This document shows positions 27,231 through 36,866 of a DNA stretch of 64,000 nt, piece after piece (the first letter of the stretch is position 1; each line of letters starts with the position of its first letter). The stretch is from Alphaproteobacteria bacterium. Lineage in GTDB: Bacteria > Pseudomonadota > Alphaproteobacteria > SP197. Made by a program: the position numbers and the translations under genes. The notes beneath the pieces were generated by a model, which was given only the letters and a program-made list of their open reading frames with translations, searched no databases and had not been told where the DNA came from. The DNA lies in the NCBI GenBank assembly GCA_965200495.1, contig CBDAUG010000002.1, positions 198,623 to 262,622 of the forward strand, read 5' to 3'.

Positions 27231-29653
27231 TCATCGATGAGATCGTCGAGGGCCGAGGAGGCCACCAGCTGCCGCCCGACCTCCATCATCATCGGCATGG
27301 CCAGGGGCGAGACCGTGTCGAGATCTCGCTGGAGAATGCGCCCCTTGACCCTCACCAGCATGTTCTCAAGGCGGCGGGTTTCCAGAAGCGTGTCCATGGC
27401 TTCCTTGCGTGCGGCTTCGAGGAGGACATGGTCGGGCTGATGATGACGCAGCACATCATGGATCAGATCGGTCGAGAACGTGACCTGGCGCCCGCTCTTG
27501 CGATGACCCGGGTGCTGACGCTCGATGAGACCCGCGACTGTCGCCACCTTGCGGAAGGAACGCTTGAGAAGACTGGAACCGGCAAGCCAGTCGTCGAGAT
27601 CTTCCAGCAGGAGTGACTCGTCAATCAGGTCCGCGGCATCCGTGACCGTCCCGAGGCTCCAGATGGCAAGGGCATAGTCGTTGGCGACAAACCCCAAGGG
27701 CCCGGTGCCCATGCGCTCCATGCGCCGCGTCATCAGCATGCCCAGCGTCTGGTGGGCCGGTCTTCCCTCGAATGGGTAGGCAACGAGAAACATCCTGCCG
27801 GCGCGGGGAAAGGTTTCGACAAGCAGATCATCGACGCCCGGGAGAATCGAGAACCCCGCCTGAAGGTCGAGCCACGTCCTCACGTCCTCGGGAAGGCCGG
27901 CGCGCCGCTCCGGCTCCGCCAGGATCTTTCGCAAGAATCCGGCAACGTTGGTGGTGGGAGGAAAGGAACCACCGCCATAGACCGGCACACGCGGCTCGCC
28001 GCCGGGCGCCCTCCTGACAATCGCATCGGTGTGCCTGATGCCGACGAGTGCCCACACCTCACCGGCAAAAGCGAAGGTCTCGCCGACAGACAGGCCCAGC
28101 ACGAAGTGTTCCTCGACTTCGCCGATGACTCTGCCGCTCTTCATGCGCACCTTCATCCGGGCATCCTCGACGATGGTGCCGGCGTTCATGCGAAAACGCC
28201 GCGCCGTCGCCTCGTCTGCAATGCGCAATCTTCCATCGTCGCATGGCTTGAGGCGCCGGAAGCGCTCATAGGCCGCGAGCGCATAGCCGCCCGTGGCAAC
28301 ATAGTCGATCACCCGATCGAACAGGTTGCGCCCGAGGTGCGCATAAGGAGCCGCCTTGACGACGGCGCCGTAGAGGGCATCGGGATCAAAGGGCCCGCTG
28401 GCGGCGGTTGCAAGGATGTGCTGGGCAAGAACGTCCATGCCGCCCCGCTCGCGTGGCGCACCGTCGAGGACGCCCTCGCTTATGGCGTCGAGAACCGCCT
28501 GGCACTCCAGGAGTTCGAAGCGGTTGGTCGGCACCAGCAGGGCCCTGGAAGCTTCATCCATGCGGTGACGGGCCCGGCCAATGCGCTGCAGCATGCGGGC
28601 CACGCCCTTTGGCGCCCCGATCTGTACGACAAGGTCAACCGCGCCCCAGTCAACACCGAGATCGAGTGTCGAGGTCGCCACCACGGCCCGCAAGGATCCC
28701 TCGGCCATCGCCGATTCGACCTTGAGTCGCTGCTCGCGGGCAAGGGAGCCGTGGTGAAGAGCGATACCGAGATTGTCCTCATTGATCTCCCAGAGGTCCT
28801 GGAACACACGCTCGGCCTGACTGCGTGTGTTGACGAAAACCAGAGTGGTGCCGACATGGCGAATCGCGCGATAGATCTCCGGCATGGCGTGCCGAGCGGC
28901 ATGGCCGCCAAGTGGTATGCGACTGCCGGTCTGCATGATGGCAATGTCGGGAGGCGCCCCGCCTTCGGCGCTGATGACCGTGACGCCGGCGCCAGCATCG
29001 AGATAGCTCTTGAGTTTTGCCGGCTCGGCAACGGTCGCGGAAAGACCGATGCGGCGATGGCTTGGCGACAACGCTGAAAGACGCGTCAGGGCGAGCGCCA
29101 GCTGATCCCCCCGCTTTGTTCCTGCCAGTTCGTGGATTTCGTCAACGATGACCACCCTGAGATGGCCGAAAATACTGCCCGCTTCCGGCCAGGAGGCCAG
29201 GAGGGCGACGGACTCCGGTGTCGTGAGCATGACATCGGGCGGGTCGCTGCGTTGTCGGCGACGGCGGGCCTGGGGTGTATCGCCTGTGCGGGTCTCGATT
29301 CTGGCAGCGATACCGGTCTCGTCCATGACAGCGCCGAGACTGCGCGCCATGTCAACACAGAGCGCCTTGAGCGGTGCCACATACAGGGTATGCAATCCGT
29401 TGCCGTAGGAAGCCGCAAGATCGTTCAGGGAAAACAGGAACCCTGCCATGGTCTTGCCGCCGCCGGTTGGCGCGATGACGAGGCATGAGAGACCCCTGGT
29501 CATCGCGGCAAACGTGTCGAGCTGGTGCCTGCGGGGCTTCCAGTCGCGGGTTGTGAACCAGCGTGCGACAGCCTTCGGCAAGGATGGCGAAGGCCTGCCG
29601 CGTGGTTCCGACCCGGGCGGCACCACCTGAAAATCGTCGTGCTGCCCCCTCAT
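27212..29653 (-). CDS. ligase-associated DNA damage response DEXH-box helicase (Lhr-like)
   Basis: APTGGGKT, DEIHEL, and a long C-terminal Lhr-type domain. Start set at ATG 29653 (MRGQHDD), because the longer tracked ORF would overlap the upstream dsbA-like gene. Confidence 0.9.
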   Translation of the reverse strand: MRGQHDDFQVVPPGSEPRGRPSPSLPKAVARWFTTRDWKPRRHQLDTFAAMTRGLSCLVIAPTGGGKTMAGFLFSLNDLAASYGNGLHTLYVAPLKALCVDMARSLGAVMDETGIAARIETRTGDTPQARRRRQRSDPPDVMLTTPESVALLASWPEAGSIFGHLRVVIVDEIHELAGTKRGDQLALALTRLSALSPSHRRIGLSATVAEPAKLKSYLDAGAGVTVISAEGGAPPDIAIMQTGSRIPLGGHAARHAMPEIYRAIRHVGTTLVFVNTRSQAERVFQDLWEINEDNLGIALHHGSLAREQRLKVESAMAEGSLRAVVATSTLDLGVDWGAVDLVVQIGAPKGVARMLQRIGRARHRMDEASRALLVPTNRFELLECQAVLDAISEGVLDGAPRERGGMDVLAQHILATAASGPFDPDALYGAVVKAAPYAHLGRNLFDRVIDYVATGGYALAAYERFRRLKPCDDGRLRIADEATARRFRMNAGTIVEDARMKVRMKSGRVIGEVEEHFVLGLSVGETFAFAGEVWALVGIRHTDAIVRRAPGGEPRVPVYGGGSFPPTTNVAGFLRKILAEPERRAGLPEDVRTWLDLQAGFSILPGVDDLLVETFPRAGRMFLVAYPFEGRPAHQTLGMLMTRRMERMGTGPLGFVANDYALAIWSLGTVTDAADLIDESLLLEDLDDWLAGSSLLKRSFRKVATVAGLIERQHPGHRKSGRQVTFSTDLIHDVLRHHQPDHVLLEAARKEAMDTLLETRRLENMLVRVKGRILQRDLDTVSPLAMPMMMEVGRQLVASSALDDLIDECGVTP

Positions 29654-29675
29654 CAGGCGACGACCGGGGCTGCTC

Positions 29676-30473
29676 CTAGTGGATGCCGATAATGGTCTCG
29701 AAGTCCTCGGGCCTGATGGCACCGGGATAGAGAGTGCCGTTGATGATGAATGCCGGCGTACCGTTGATACCGATTGCGCTGGCCAGCTGATGGGTCCGCT
29801 CAAGATAGGCATCGATCGCGGGATCGTTCATGTCGGCGCGCAGGCGCCCGGTGTCGAGACCCACCGATTGCGCAAGAGCCATGAGGCCGGCCTCGCTGTA
29901 GTCCTCCCCCTCCACCATGAGCACCTCGTGATACGCCTCGTAGAGTCCCTGCTCGCGGGCCGCCAGGGCCGCCCGCGCCGCACGCAGGGAATCCTCTCCC
30001 AGAATCGGAAACTCCTTGTAGATCACCTTGACACCGGGAACCGCGTCCCTGACGGCGAAGAGACCGGGCGCACTCAGACGGCAATAGCCACACCGGTAGT
30101 CGAAAAACTCGACGATCACGATCTCACCGTCAGGATCGCCTCCCCACGGTGTTGCGGGATCGTGATGAATGTCGGCATCAAGACGGGTAATTGTCTTCCT
30201 TGCAGCATCCGCTTCGCGTTCTTCGCGCAGACGCTCCCAGGCTTCCAGCGCCCGGATGACGGCTTGCGGATGACGCACGAGGAAATCACCGATGATCGCA
30301 TCGAGGCGCCCTCGTTCCGCCGCTTCCAGCGCCTGGATGACGACTTGCGGATTGCGGGTGAGGTAGTCATCGACGATTGCCTCGACCTCGCTGGGGAGGG
30401 TTGTCTCATCGTGCGCCAGGGCGGGCGCCAACGTGAACAGCAGCAGCATTGCAACGACGATTCTTGACATCAT
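29676..30473 (-). CDS. periplasmic DsbA-family thiol:disulfide oxidoreductase
   Basis: Signal peptide MMSRIVVAMLLLFTLAPALA and active site FFDYRCGYCR. The N-terminal helical segment is internally duplicated. Start at ATG 30473. Confidence 0.8.
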   Translation of the reverse strand: MMSRIVVAMLLLFTLAPALAHDETTLPSEVEAIVDDYLTRNPQVVIQALEAAERGRLDAIIGDFLVRHPQAVIRALEAWERLREEREADAARKTITRLDADIHHDPATPWGGDPDGEIVIVEFFDYRCGYCRLSAPGLFAVRDAVPGVKVIYKEFPILGEDSLRAARAALAAREQGLYEAYHEVLMVEGEDYSEAGLMALAQSVGLDTGRLRADMNDPAIDAYLERTHQLASAIGINGTPAFIINGTLYPGAIRPEDFETIIGIH

Positions 30474-30510
30474 GGCTTCAGGTCCTTTCCTGCGCGGTGC
30501 GGCGAGACTT

Positions 30511-31215
30511 TCATCGATATGCGAACCGGGCCACGAGGTCCTTGAGACTGAAGGAATCGACAAAACCGACAAACATCTGATCGCCGATGACGATGGTCGG
30601 CACATCCTCGATACCCAGTCGTGATGCAAGGGCCCGGTTGGCGCCAAGGGCATCGGCAACAGCCTGCGATCCGGCGTCGGCGCGCAGTCGTCCCGGATCG
30701 AGTCCGAGAGCGTCGCCAAGCCCGACAAAGTCGGCGTCATCCAGGGGAACAGCGCCATACATCATGGCCCGGTGGTAAGGAGGCCACGCTCCCTGCAGGC
30801 CGGCAGCAAGGCCGTGGCGTGCCGCACTCACCGATTGCCCGGCCTCGCCGGGAAGGTCGATGACGGCCACCTGGACTTCAGGATTGGCCTCCAGGAATTC
30901 GTCGATGCTCAGAGCGAGACGACGGCAGTGACTGCAAAGATAGTCAGAAAAGACAAAGAGAACGACTGTGCCATCGGCGGCGCCAAGAAGGTTGACCTGC
31001 GGCAGATTCGCCACCAGGGCCGCCGCGTCACCGGTCACCGTGCCGTTGACCTCATGCGTATCACCGATCAGTCCTGTCTCTCGCAGGGCAAAGGCCATGA
31101 CAAGCACGCCAACAATGAGGAGAACGTTCTTCGTCGAGGATCGGCCCCGTCGCTCATGCGCGAAGGCTTTGTTGATGGCCTTGCCAAGCTTCTTTCTTTT
31201 CTCGTCGCTCTCCAA
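30511..31215 (-). CDS. membrane-anchored DsbA-family thiol:disulfide oxidoreductase (paralogue)
   Basis: TM anchor NVLLIVGVLVMAFAL and active site FSDYLCSHCRR. Start is uncertain. TTG 31215 is preceded by AAGGA and is the first start downstream of the IMPase stop (31230). Confidence 0.65.
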   Translation of the reverse strand: MESDEKRKKLGKAINKAFAHERRGRSSTKNVLLIVGVLVMAFALRETGLIGDTHEVNGTVTGDAAALVANLPQVNLLGAADGTVVLFVFSDYLCSHCRRLALSIDEFLEANPEVQVAVIDLPGEAGQSVSAARHGLAAGLQGAWPPYHRAMMYGAVPLDDADFVGLGDALGLDPGRLRADAGSQAVADALGANRALASRLGIEDVPTIVIGDQMFVGFVDSFSLKDLVARFAYR

Positions 31216-31229
31216 CGGATCGATCCTTT

Positions 31230-32021
31230 TCAGAATGCGAACAACCGGGCAAGACGCTCGACGATCGCCGGCGCACCAAGCAGCACGTCGTGCCCCCGGC
31301 CGCGGCCCGTGTGACGCACGAGGACGATGCCGCCGGCCTCCTCGACGATGATGCGGGATGCCGCAAAGTCCCACACGGAAAGATCGGGATCGACAACGGC
31401 ATCGAGAGCGCCGCGCGCCGCAGCCGCATGGGCGAACACGTCGCCGAAGATGCGCATGTCTTCAACAGCCTCGGCAAGGGTTCCAAGGAGATGGTCGATG
31501 CCGCTTGTGCGGAACTGCCGGAGCAGGCCTGCCGCGACAGTCGCCGTGGAGAGTTCCGTGGCGGCGGCCACATGGATGCGCTCACCGTTGCGCCAGGCGC
31601 CGCCACCCTGCCAGGCCCAGAACGTTTCGTCGACGCCCGGCAGTCTGATGGCGCCTGCCACCACATCAGCGGTCTCGACACACTGCAGGGCCACCAGGGT
31701 GCCCCAGACCGGGATATCGCGGGCGAAGGCCGTGGTGCCATCGATGGGATCGACAACCCAGCGCCACGGTGAGCCCTGCCCTGTCTCGCCCTCCTCCTCT
31801 CCGAGAACGGCTGCACCGGACGGATAGTCGCTCGCCTGAAGTGTCCGGCGTACCAGGCGCTCGGCCATGGTGTCGGCCGATGTTTGCGGACTGCCATCGT
31901 CCTTGAGCGATGTCCGAAAGGATCCCGTTCGCGCAATCTCGAAGAGACGCGCAGACGGCGCCTCGGCCGCCCGTCGCGCAACCGATGCGGCCTCCCTCAG
32001 GTTGATCGCATGCGCCGTCAT
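31230..32021 (-). CDS. inositol monophosphatase-family phosphatase
   Basis: WVVDPIDGTTAF (DPIDGT motif) and WDFAA. Start ATG 32021 (MTAHAINLREAA). An alternative ATG lies at 32087, and the tracked ORF reaches 32264. Confidence 0.8.
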   Translation of the reverse strand: MTAHAINLREAASVARRAAEAPSARLFEIARTGSFRTSLKDDGSPQTSADTMAERLVRRTLQASDYPSGAAVLGEEEGETGQGSPWRWVVDPIDGTTAFARDIPVWGTLVALQCVETADVVAGAIRLPGVDETFWAWQGGGAWRNGERIHVAAATELSTATVAAGLLRQFRTSGIDHLLGTLAEAVEDMRIFGDVFAHAAAARGALDAVVDPDLSVWDFAASRIIVEEAGGIVLVRHTGRGRGHDVLLGAPAIVERLARLFAF

Positions 32022-32345
32022 GGCTCGAGCACCGCCATGGGTTGGGATCGACTCATGGATGATATGCGAACGGTCGCGCACCGCCATGGGTCCAGCACCA
32101 GGGCCGGCCCGGGCATATGTCCCGATACGGCATCGCTCGACAGTGCGCAGGGTCGTGTCGACGTCATATCCGCCGATGGCCATCGCGTCCTCTTCACTGA
32201 CATGGGAATCGGCGATGACAGCAAAGGAGAAGAGAAGCCTGCCACAGACGCCCGCGCCATGCATGATCCAGCACCCCGGCCCGCAGCCACCCTCGAGGAT
32301 GGCTGCGATGGCTCTGAAGACCGGATGACGCAGTGGTCCACGCCG

Positions 32346-33527
32346 TCATGTGCCCGAAGCCGGGGAATGCCCGAACTCCCGCCTCTCGCGCATCATGTGG
32401 CGGGCAATCACGATTTTCTGGATTTCAGAGGTTCCCTCGTAGAGCCGATAGAGACGCACATCCCGGTAGAGGCGGGCCACGGCTGTCTCGTTGACGTAGC
32501 CCGCGCCGCCATGAATCTGCACCGCCCTGTCCGCCACCCGTCCCACCATCTCGCTGGTGAGATACTTTGCCTGGGAGGCGAGTCTGGAGATGGACTCACC
32601 GGCTGCTGCCCGGCGCGCCACATCGCGAACGAATGCCCAGGCGGAATCGTGTTCGGTGCGGCTATCGGCCAGCATCGCCTGAACCAGCTGGAAATCGCCG
32701 ATGAACTTGCCGAACTGCCGGCGCTCCAGCGCATGATCAAGGGCTTCGCCAATCAGCCTGTCGGCCAGTCCGCAACATGTTGCCGCAAGATGAAGGCGGC
32801 CACGGTCGAGAACCTGCATGGCGACCCTGAAGCCCTTGCCCTCGACACCGCCGATCAGCGCTTCGTCAGGAACATGGCAATCCTCGAACATGACATCGCA
32901 CACATGCGCGCCCTTCTGGCCGATCTTGTCGTAGGCGGGTCCGAGGCGGATGCCGTCGCTGGCGGCATCGACGATGAAGGCGGAAATGCCATCAGCCCCG
33001 GACTTTTCCGTGTCCGTGCGGGCCATCACCGTGAAGACATCGGCGACGGGCGCGTTGGTGATGAACCGCTTGACACCGTTGAGCACATATCCGCTCCCCT
33101 GCTGCGTGGCCCGGGTCGTCAGGGAAGCAGCATCGGATCCGGCGTCGGGTTCGGTGAGTGCAAAGGAGGCGACAACCTCGCCGCGCGCCATGCGCGGCAA
33201 CCAGGCCATCTTCTGCTCTTCGGTACCGCCGATGACAAGACCCTGGGAACCGATCGTGACGTTGGTGCCAAAGACGGAACGGAAGGCCGGCGCCGCGTGG
33301 GTCATGGTCCATGCCACCTCGACCTCTTCCGTCGTTGTCAGGCCCAACCCCGAGTATCGCTCGGGGATCGTCAGGCCGAAAAGGCCAAGAGCCTTCATGT
33401 CGGTCACGATATCGTCGGGGATGCGGTCTTCGGCATCGACCGCGGCTTCCGCCGGAATCAGGCGTTCGTGGACAAACCGTGACAGGGTATCGAGGAGTTG
33501 TTCGATGGTCTGCTGGTCGAGCGCCAT
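32346..33527 (-). CDS. acyl-CoA dehydrogenase
   Basis: 393 aa from ATG 33527. LTEPDAGSDAAS, and the C-terminal block IHGGAGYVNE..RDVRLYRLYEGTSEIQ. Confidence 0.9.
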   Translation of the reverse strand: MALDQQTIEQLLDTLSRFVHERLIPAEAAVDAEDRIPDDIVTDMKALGLFGLTIPERYSGLGLTTTEEVEVAWTMTHAAPAFRSVFGTNVTIGSQGLVIGGTEEQKMAWLPRMARGEVVASFALTEPDAGSDAASLTTRATQQGSGYVLNGVKRFITNAPVADVFTVMARTDTEKSGADGISAFIVDAASDGIRLGPAYDKIGQKGAHVCDVMFEDCHVPDEALIGGVEGKGFRVAMQVLDRGRLHLAATCCGLADRLIGEALDHALERRQFGKFIGDFQLVQAMLADSRTEHDSAWAFVRDVARRAAAGESISRLASQAKYLTSEMVGRVADRAVQIHGGAGYVNETAVARLYRDVRLYRLYEGTSEIQKIVIARHMMRERREFGHSPASGT

Positions 33528-33631
33528 GTCGGCATCCTGTGAGAACGCCACGAACCTACCTCTGTCAGCGAACATGCGCCAATCCCGAACGAGGCGAATT
33601 GTTGACCGCGAACACGCGTTTCCGGCAAAGA

Positions 33632-34111
33632 ATGCACATGGCGGCACGCGAGCAGGCGATGAGTACACCAACAGGCATTGCGGATGGCGCGGGCATTGCA
33701 GATGGCGCGGGTATTGCAGATGGCTTTGTCGCGGTCGAACCGGATGATCCTTTCGAAGGCGTGATCGGCGTGTGCTGGTACAACGACATGGGCAACGGCC
33801 GCATTGAGGTCGGCATCCTCGCCGACGAGCGCCATGCCAACGAGTACGGCTGGGTTCACGGGGGTGTCATGATGACCTTGGCAGATGCCGCACTGTGCAT
33901 GAATTCCCGCTGGCACGATCCCGCTGAAGGCGCCATCACGGTGAGCGCCACCAGCAATTTCGTGGCGGGTGCGAAGATCGGCGATTTCCTGGAGACCCGG
34001 ACCCGCATCGTGCGGCGTACCCGACAGTTCAGTTTCGTGGCCTGCGAGATCGTCGTCGGCGACAGGGTTTGTCTCTCGTCAAGCGGTGTCATCAAACGCC
34101 TGCTTCCATGA
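33632..34111 (+). CDS. PaaI-family hotdog-fold thioesterase with an N-terminal GIADGA repeat
   Basis: WVHGGVMMTLADAAL core motif. Possible starts at ATG 33632, 33638 or 33659. Divergent from the acyl-CoA dehydrogenase gene. Confidence 0.75.
   Translation: MHMAAREQAMSTPTGIADGAGIADGAGIADGFVAVEPDDPFEGVIGVCWYNDMGNGRIEVGILADERHANEYGWVHGGVMMTLADAALCMNSRWHDPAEGAITVSATSNFVAGAKIGDFLETRTRIVRRTRQFSFVACEIVVGDRVCLSSSGVIKRLLP
33674..33724 (+). repeat. in-frame 18-bp tandem repeat (2.8 copies) encoding GIADGA-GIADGA-GIADG
   Basis: GGCATTGCGGATGGCGCG / GGCATTGCAGATGGCGCG / GGTATTGCAGATGGC. Confidence 0.9.
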
Positions 34112-34267
34112 TGTCCTCCGGCAACGTCGCAGAATTCGCCGCCGTGGCGGGCCTTGCGCCGCGTCGACATCCACATCGTGAGCGTTGCCTTCCACCGTCC
34201 CTTGTATCCCTGATCCGATGGTTGTTCGCGTGACATGCAGCAGGGGAACGGCACCCGCGTGCCGGCA

Positions 34268-34279
34268 GTGACAGGTCAC
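34268..34279. promoter_or_regulatory. candidate operator palindrome GTGAC-AG-GTCAC upstream of the aminotransferase/ABC operon
   Basis: It lies in a 316-bp leader. Flanking copies of the same half-site are CGTGAC at 34229-34234 and GTCACG at 34318-34323. The same hexamer is clustered at 41354-41564. Confidence 0.35.
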
Positions 34280-34427
34280 GCGATGTTTCGGATGGCGCGG
34301 GTGAGGGTCGCGCCGCGGTCACGCTTGACGCCTTGGCCCGGCTGCTGCACACACCTTGTCCCCAGGCGTGCTTCCCGCTCGCCGTCGCTGCAGGCCAGGG
34401 CACACGGCGTATCGCGAGGAGATCGAC

Positions 34428-35726
34428 ATGGGCCGATACGACACGTCGATTGCGCGTTTCGAGCAAGCATGCACGGTGCTCGCCGGAGGCGTCTCGAGCA
34501 ACTTCCGCTATCACCCCATTCCCGTTCCTCTCGCCATCGAGCGTGGTGAAGGACCGTACCTGTGGGATGCCGACGGCAACCGCTACATCGACTATGTCAG
34601 CGGCAATGGTCCGGCATTTCTCGGGCACAGCCCGGGACCGGTGCTTGACGCGGTCCGCGCTTCCCTGGATACCGGTCAGGCCTTCACCACTGTGCATGCC
34701 GGCGAGATTGCCCTGGCTCAACGCATCAGGGACATCGTTCCCTGTGCTGAACTTTTGCGTTTCGATACGTCCGGAACGCAGGTCGACCAGATCGCCATGC
34801 GACTTGCGCGCCACCACACCGGCCGGACCAGGGTGGTCAAGTTCGAAGGCCACTATCACGGATGGGCCGACAACATCTTTGCCAGCGTGGCTCCCGAGCT
34901 CAACCGCGCCGGTCCCCGGAGTGACCCGGAAGTGCTTGCCCAGAGCAGCGGCCAGCCCGACAACATCCGCGACAACCTGATTGTTCAGCCCTTCAACGAC
35001 GTCGCGGTACTCGAAGAAACCTTGTCACACCACGCAACGGAGATTGCCGCCGTCGTCGTGGAACCGGTGGCCTGCAACTGCGGGGTCATTGAACCCGCGC
35101 CTGGCTATCTCGAGGCATTGCGGCTGCTGTGCGACCAGCACGGGATCGTGCTCATTTTCGACGAAGTCATCACGGGTTTCCGGGTCGCCCTGGGGGGTGC
35201 CCAGCAACGATACGGCGTGACTCCCGATATCGCGGTCTTTGCCAAGGCCATGGCCAGCGGCTTCCCCCTGGCGGCAATCGCCGGACGGCATGTCATCATG
35301 GAGGGAGTCATCCGGGGCGCCGTTCACGGCGGCACCTATAACGGCGTCACCTCAAGCATCGCCGCCGGTCTCGCCACCCTTGACATGCTCGCCGCCGATG
35401 GCGGCGCGATCTACGACAAGGTGGAGCGGGACGGCAAGCTGCTCATGTCCGGACTTGCAGAGTGTGCCCGCAGACGGGGTGTACCGCTGCACGTTCAGGG
35501 GCTTGGCGCCATCTTCTCGACAGTCTTTACCGATAATCCGCCTCTCGTTGACTATCGCGATTACAAGGTGAGCGACACGCCCATGCGCGAGACCTTCATC
35601 CGGAAACTGCAGGATCACGGGGTACGCACGACGCTTCGCGGAACCTGGTTCGTTCCGGCCGTGTTGAGTGATGACGATATCGCCATCACTCTCGATGCTG
35701 CCGACGCAGCACTTGCCGCCCTGTAA
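34428..35726 (+). CDS. class-III (PLP) aminotransferase, glutamate-1-semialdehyde aminomutase-like
   Basis: GGVSSNFRY, FDEVITGFRV and the PLP-lysine context FAKAMASGFP. ATG 34428 is preceded by GAGGAG. Confidence 0.9.
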   Translation: MGRYDTSIARFEQACTVLAGGVSSNFRYHPIPVPLAIERGEGPYLWDADGNRYIDYVSGNGPAFLGHSPGPVLDAVRASLDTGQAFTTVHAGEIALAQRIRDIVPCAELLRFDTSGTQVDQIAMRLARHHTGRTRVVKFEGHYHGWADNIFASVAPELNRAGPRSDPEVLAQSSGQPDNIRDNLIVQPFNDVAVLEETLSHHATEIAAVVVEPVACNCGVIEPAPGYLEALRLLCDQHGIVLIFDEVITGFRVALGGAQQRYGVTPDIAVFAKAMASGFPLAAIAGRHVIMEGVIRGAVHGGTYNGVTSSIAAGLATLDMLAADGGAIYDKVERDGKLLMSGLAECARRRGVPLHVQGLGAIFSTVFTDNPPLVDYRDYKVSDTPMRETFIRKLQDHGVRTTLRGTWFVPAVLSDDDIAITLDAADAALAAL

Positions 35727-35810
35727 CTGCAGTCACCGATTCCGGGCGTTTACAAGTCCGATAAATCCGGTCAGGCTTGACTGGGGAATGTCAGCCGGGG
35801 ATGGATCCTG

Positions 35811-36866
35811 ATGAGTAGCCTGTTGCTCAGCAACGTTTCCAAGAAGTTCGGATCCGTCACAGCGGTGACTGACATCAGTTTCGAGATACCGGAAGGTCGG
35901 TTCATCTCCTTCCTGGGGCCGTCCGGCTGCGGCAAGACCACCCTGCTGCGCCTGATCGCAGGCCTCGAACAGGCGACAACGGGCCGCATCATGCTCGACG
36001 GTGAGGATCTCACCCGCAGACCGACCCACAACCGGGACATCGGCATGGTGTTCCAGTCGCTGGCGCTGTTCCCTCACCTCTCCGTCGGCGAGAACATCAC
36101 CTACTCGCAACGAATCAGGGGCGTCAACAAGGCCACGCGACGGCAGCGCGCCGAGGAACTCCTCGAACTGGTGCGTCTGCCGGGTGTTGCCGATCGCAAC
36201 ATCGCGCAACTCTCCGGTGGCCAGAAGCAACGCGTGGCCATTGCCCGGGCCCTCAACCTGGAACCAAAACTGTTCCTGCTGGATGAACCGCTGTCGGCAC
36301 TTGACGCCAAGTTGCGCGAGGACATGCAGGTCGAGCTGCGCATGCTGCAGGAACGCCTTGCCATCACGACCATCGTCGTCACCCACGATCAGCGTGAGGC
36401 CATGACGATGTCGGATGAAGTCGTGGTGATGTCGATGGCGCGCATCCAGCAGATAGGAGCGCCTCTGGAGATCTATCGCAACCCGGCTTCCGCCTTCGTC
36501 GCCGAGTTCATCGGCACCAGCAATCTCATCAAGGCGCGCCTCGACACGGCATCGAGCGTTGTCATCGCCGGACGCCGTTTCCAGACCAGCGGGATCCCGG
36601 ACCAGCTTGGCGCTGGATCCAGCGTCATTGTCTCGATACGTCCGGAAGACGTTCATGTCTTTCCGGAGAGTCATGGCGGCGACAATCAACTCGACGGTGT
36701 CGTGACGTTCGTGCGTGATGTCGGCGCCAGCGTCGAGACGTTCGTCGATTGCGATGACCTTCAGCTCATCGCCATGGCGACACCCAAGGAGCGGCCAGAC
36801 GTTCACAAGGGCGAGAAGGTCAAGGTCGAACTGCCGGCCGAAAGTTGCGTCGTTCTGAAAGCATGA
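35811..36866 (+). CDS. ABC transporter ATP-binding protein (PotA/opine-polyamine type)
   Basis: [27 protein letters not shown], and a C-terminal TOBE-like domain. Confidence 0.9.
   Translation: MSSLLLSNVSKKFGSVTAVTDISFEIPEGRFISFLGPSGCGKTTLLRLIAGLEQATTGRIMLDGEDLTRRPTHNRDIGMVFQSLALFPHLSVGENITYSQRIRGVNKATRRQRAEELLELVRLPGVADRNIAQLSGGQKQRVAIARALNLEPKLFLLDEPLSALDAKLREDMQVELRMLQERLAITTIVVTHDQREAMTMSDEVVVMSMARIQQIGAPLEIYRNPASAFVAEFIGTSNLIKARLDTASSVVIAGRRFQTSGIPDQLGAGSSVIVSIRPEDVHVFPESHGGDNQLDGVVTFVRDVGASVETFVDCDDLQLIAMATPKERPDVHKGEKVKVELPAESCVVLKA

Noticed and set aside
32022-32264. In-frame N-terminal extension of the IMPase ORF containing LLFSFAVIADSHVSEED, which resembles the first DxH motif of metallophosphoesterases. 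It could be a gene remnant or a fusion.
   Set aside because: Only about 20 residues are suggestive, and the rest of the extension is low-complexity. IMPase homologues start near ATG 32021. I cannot distinguish this from chance without a database search.
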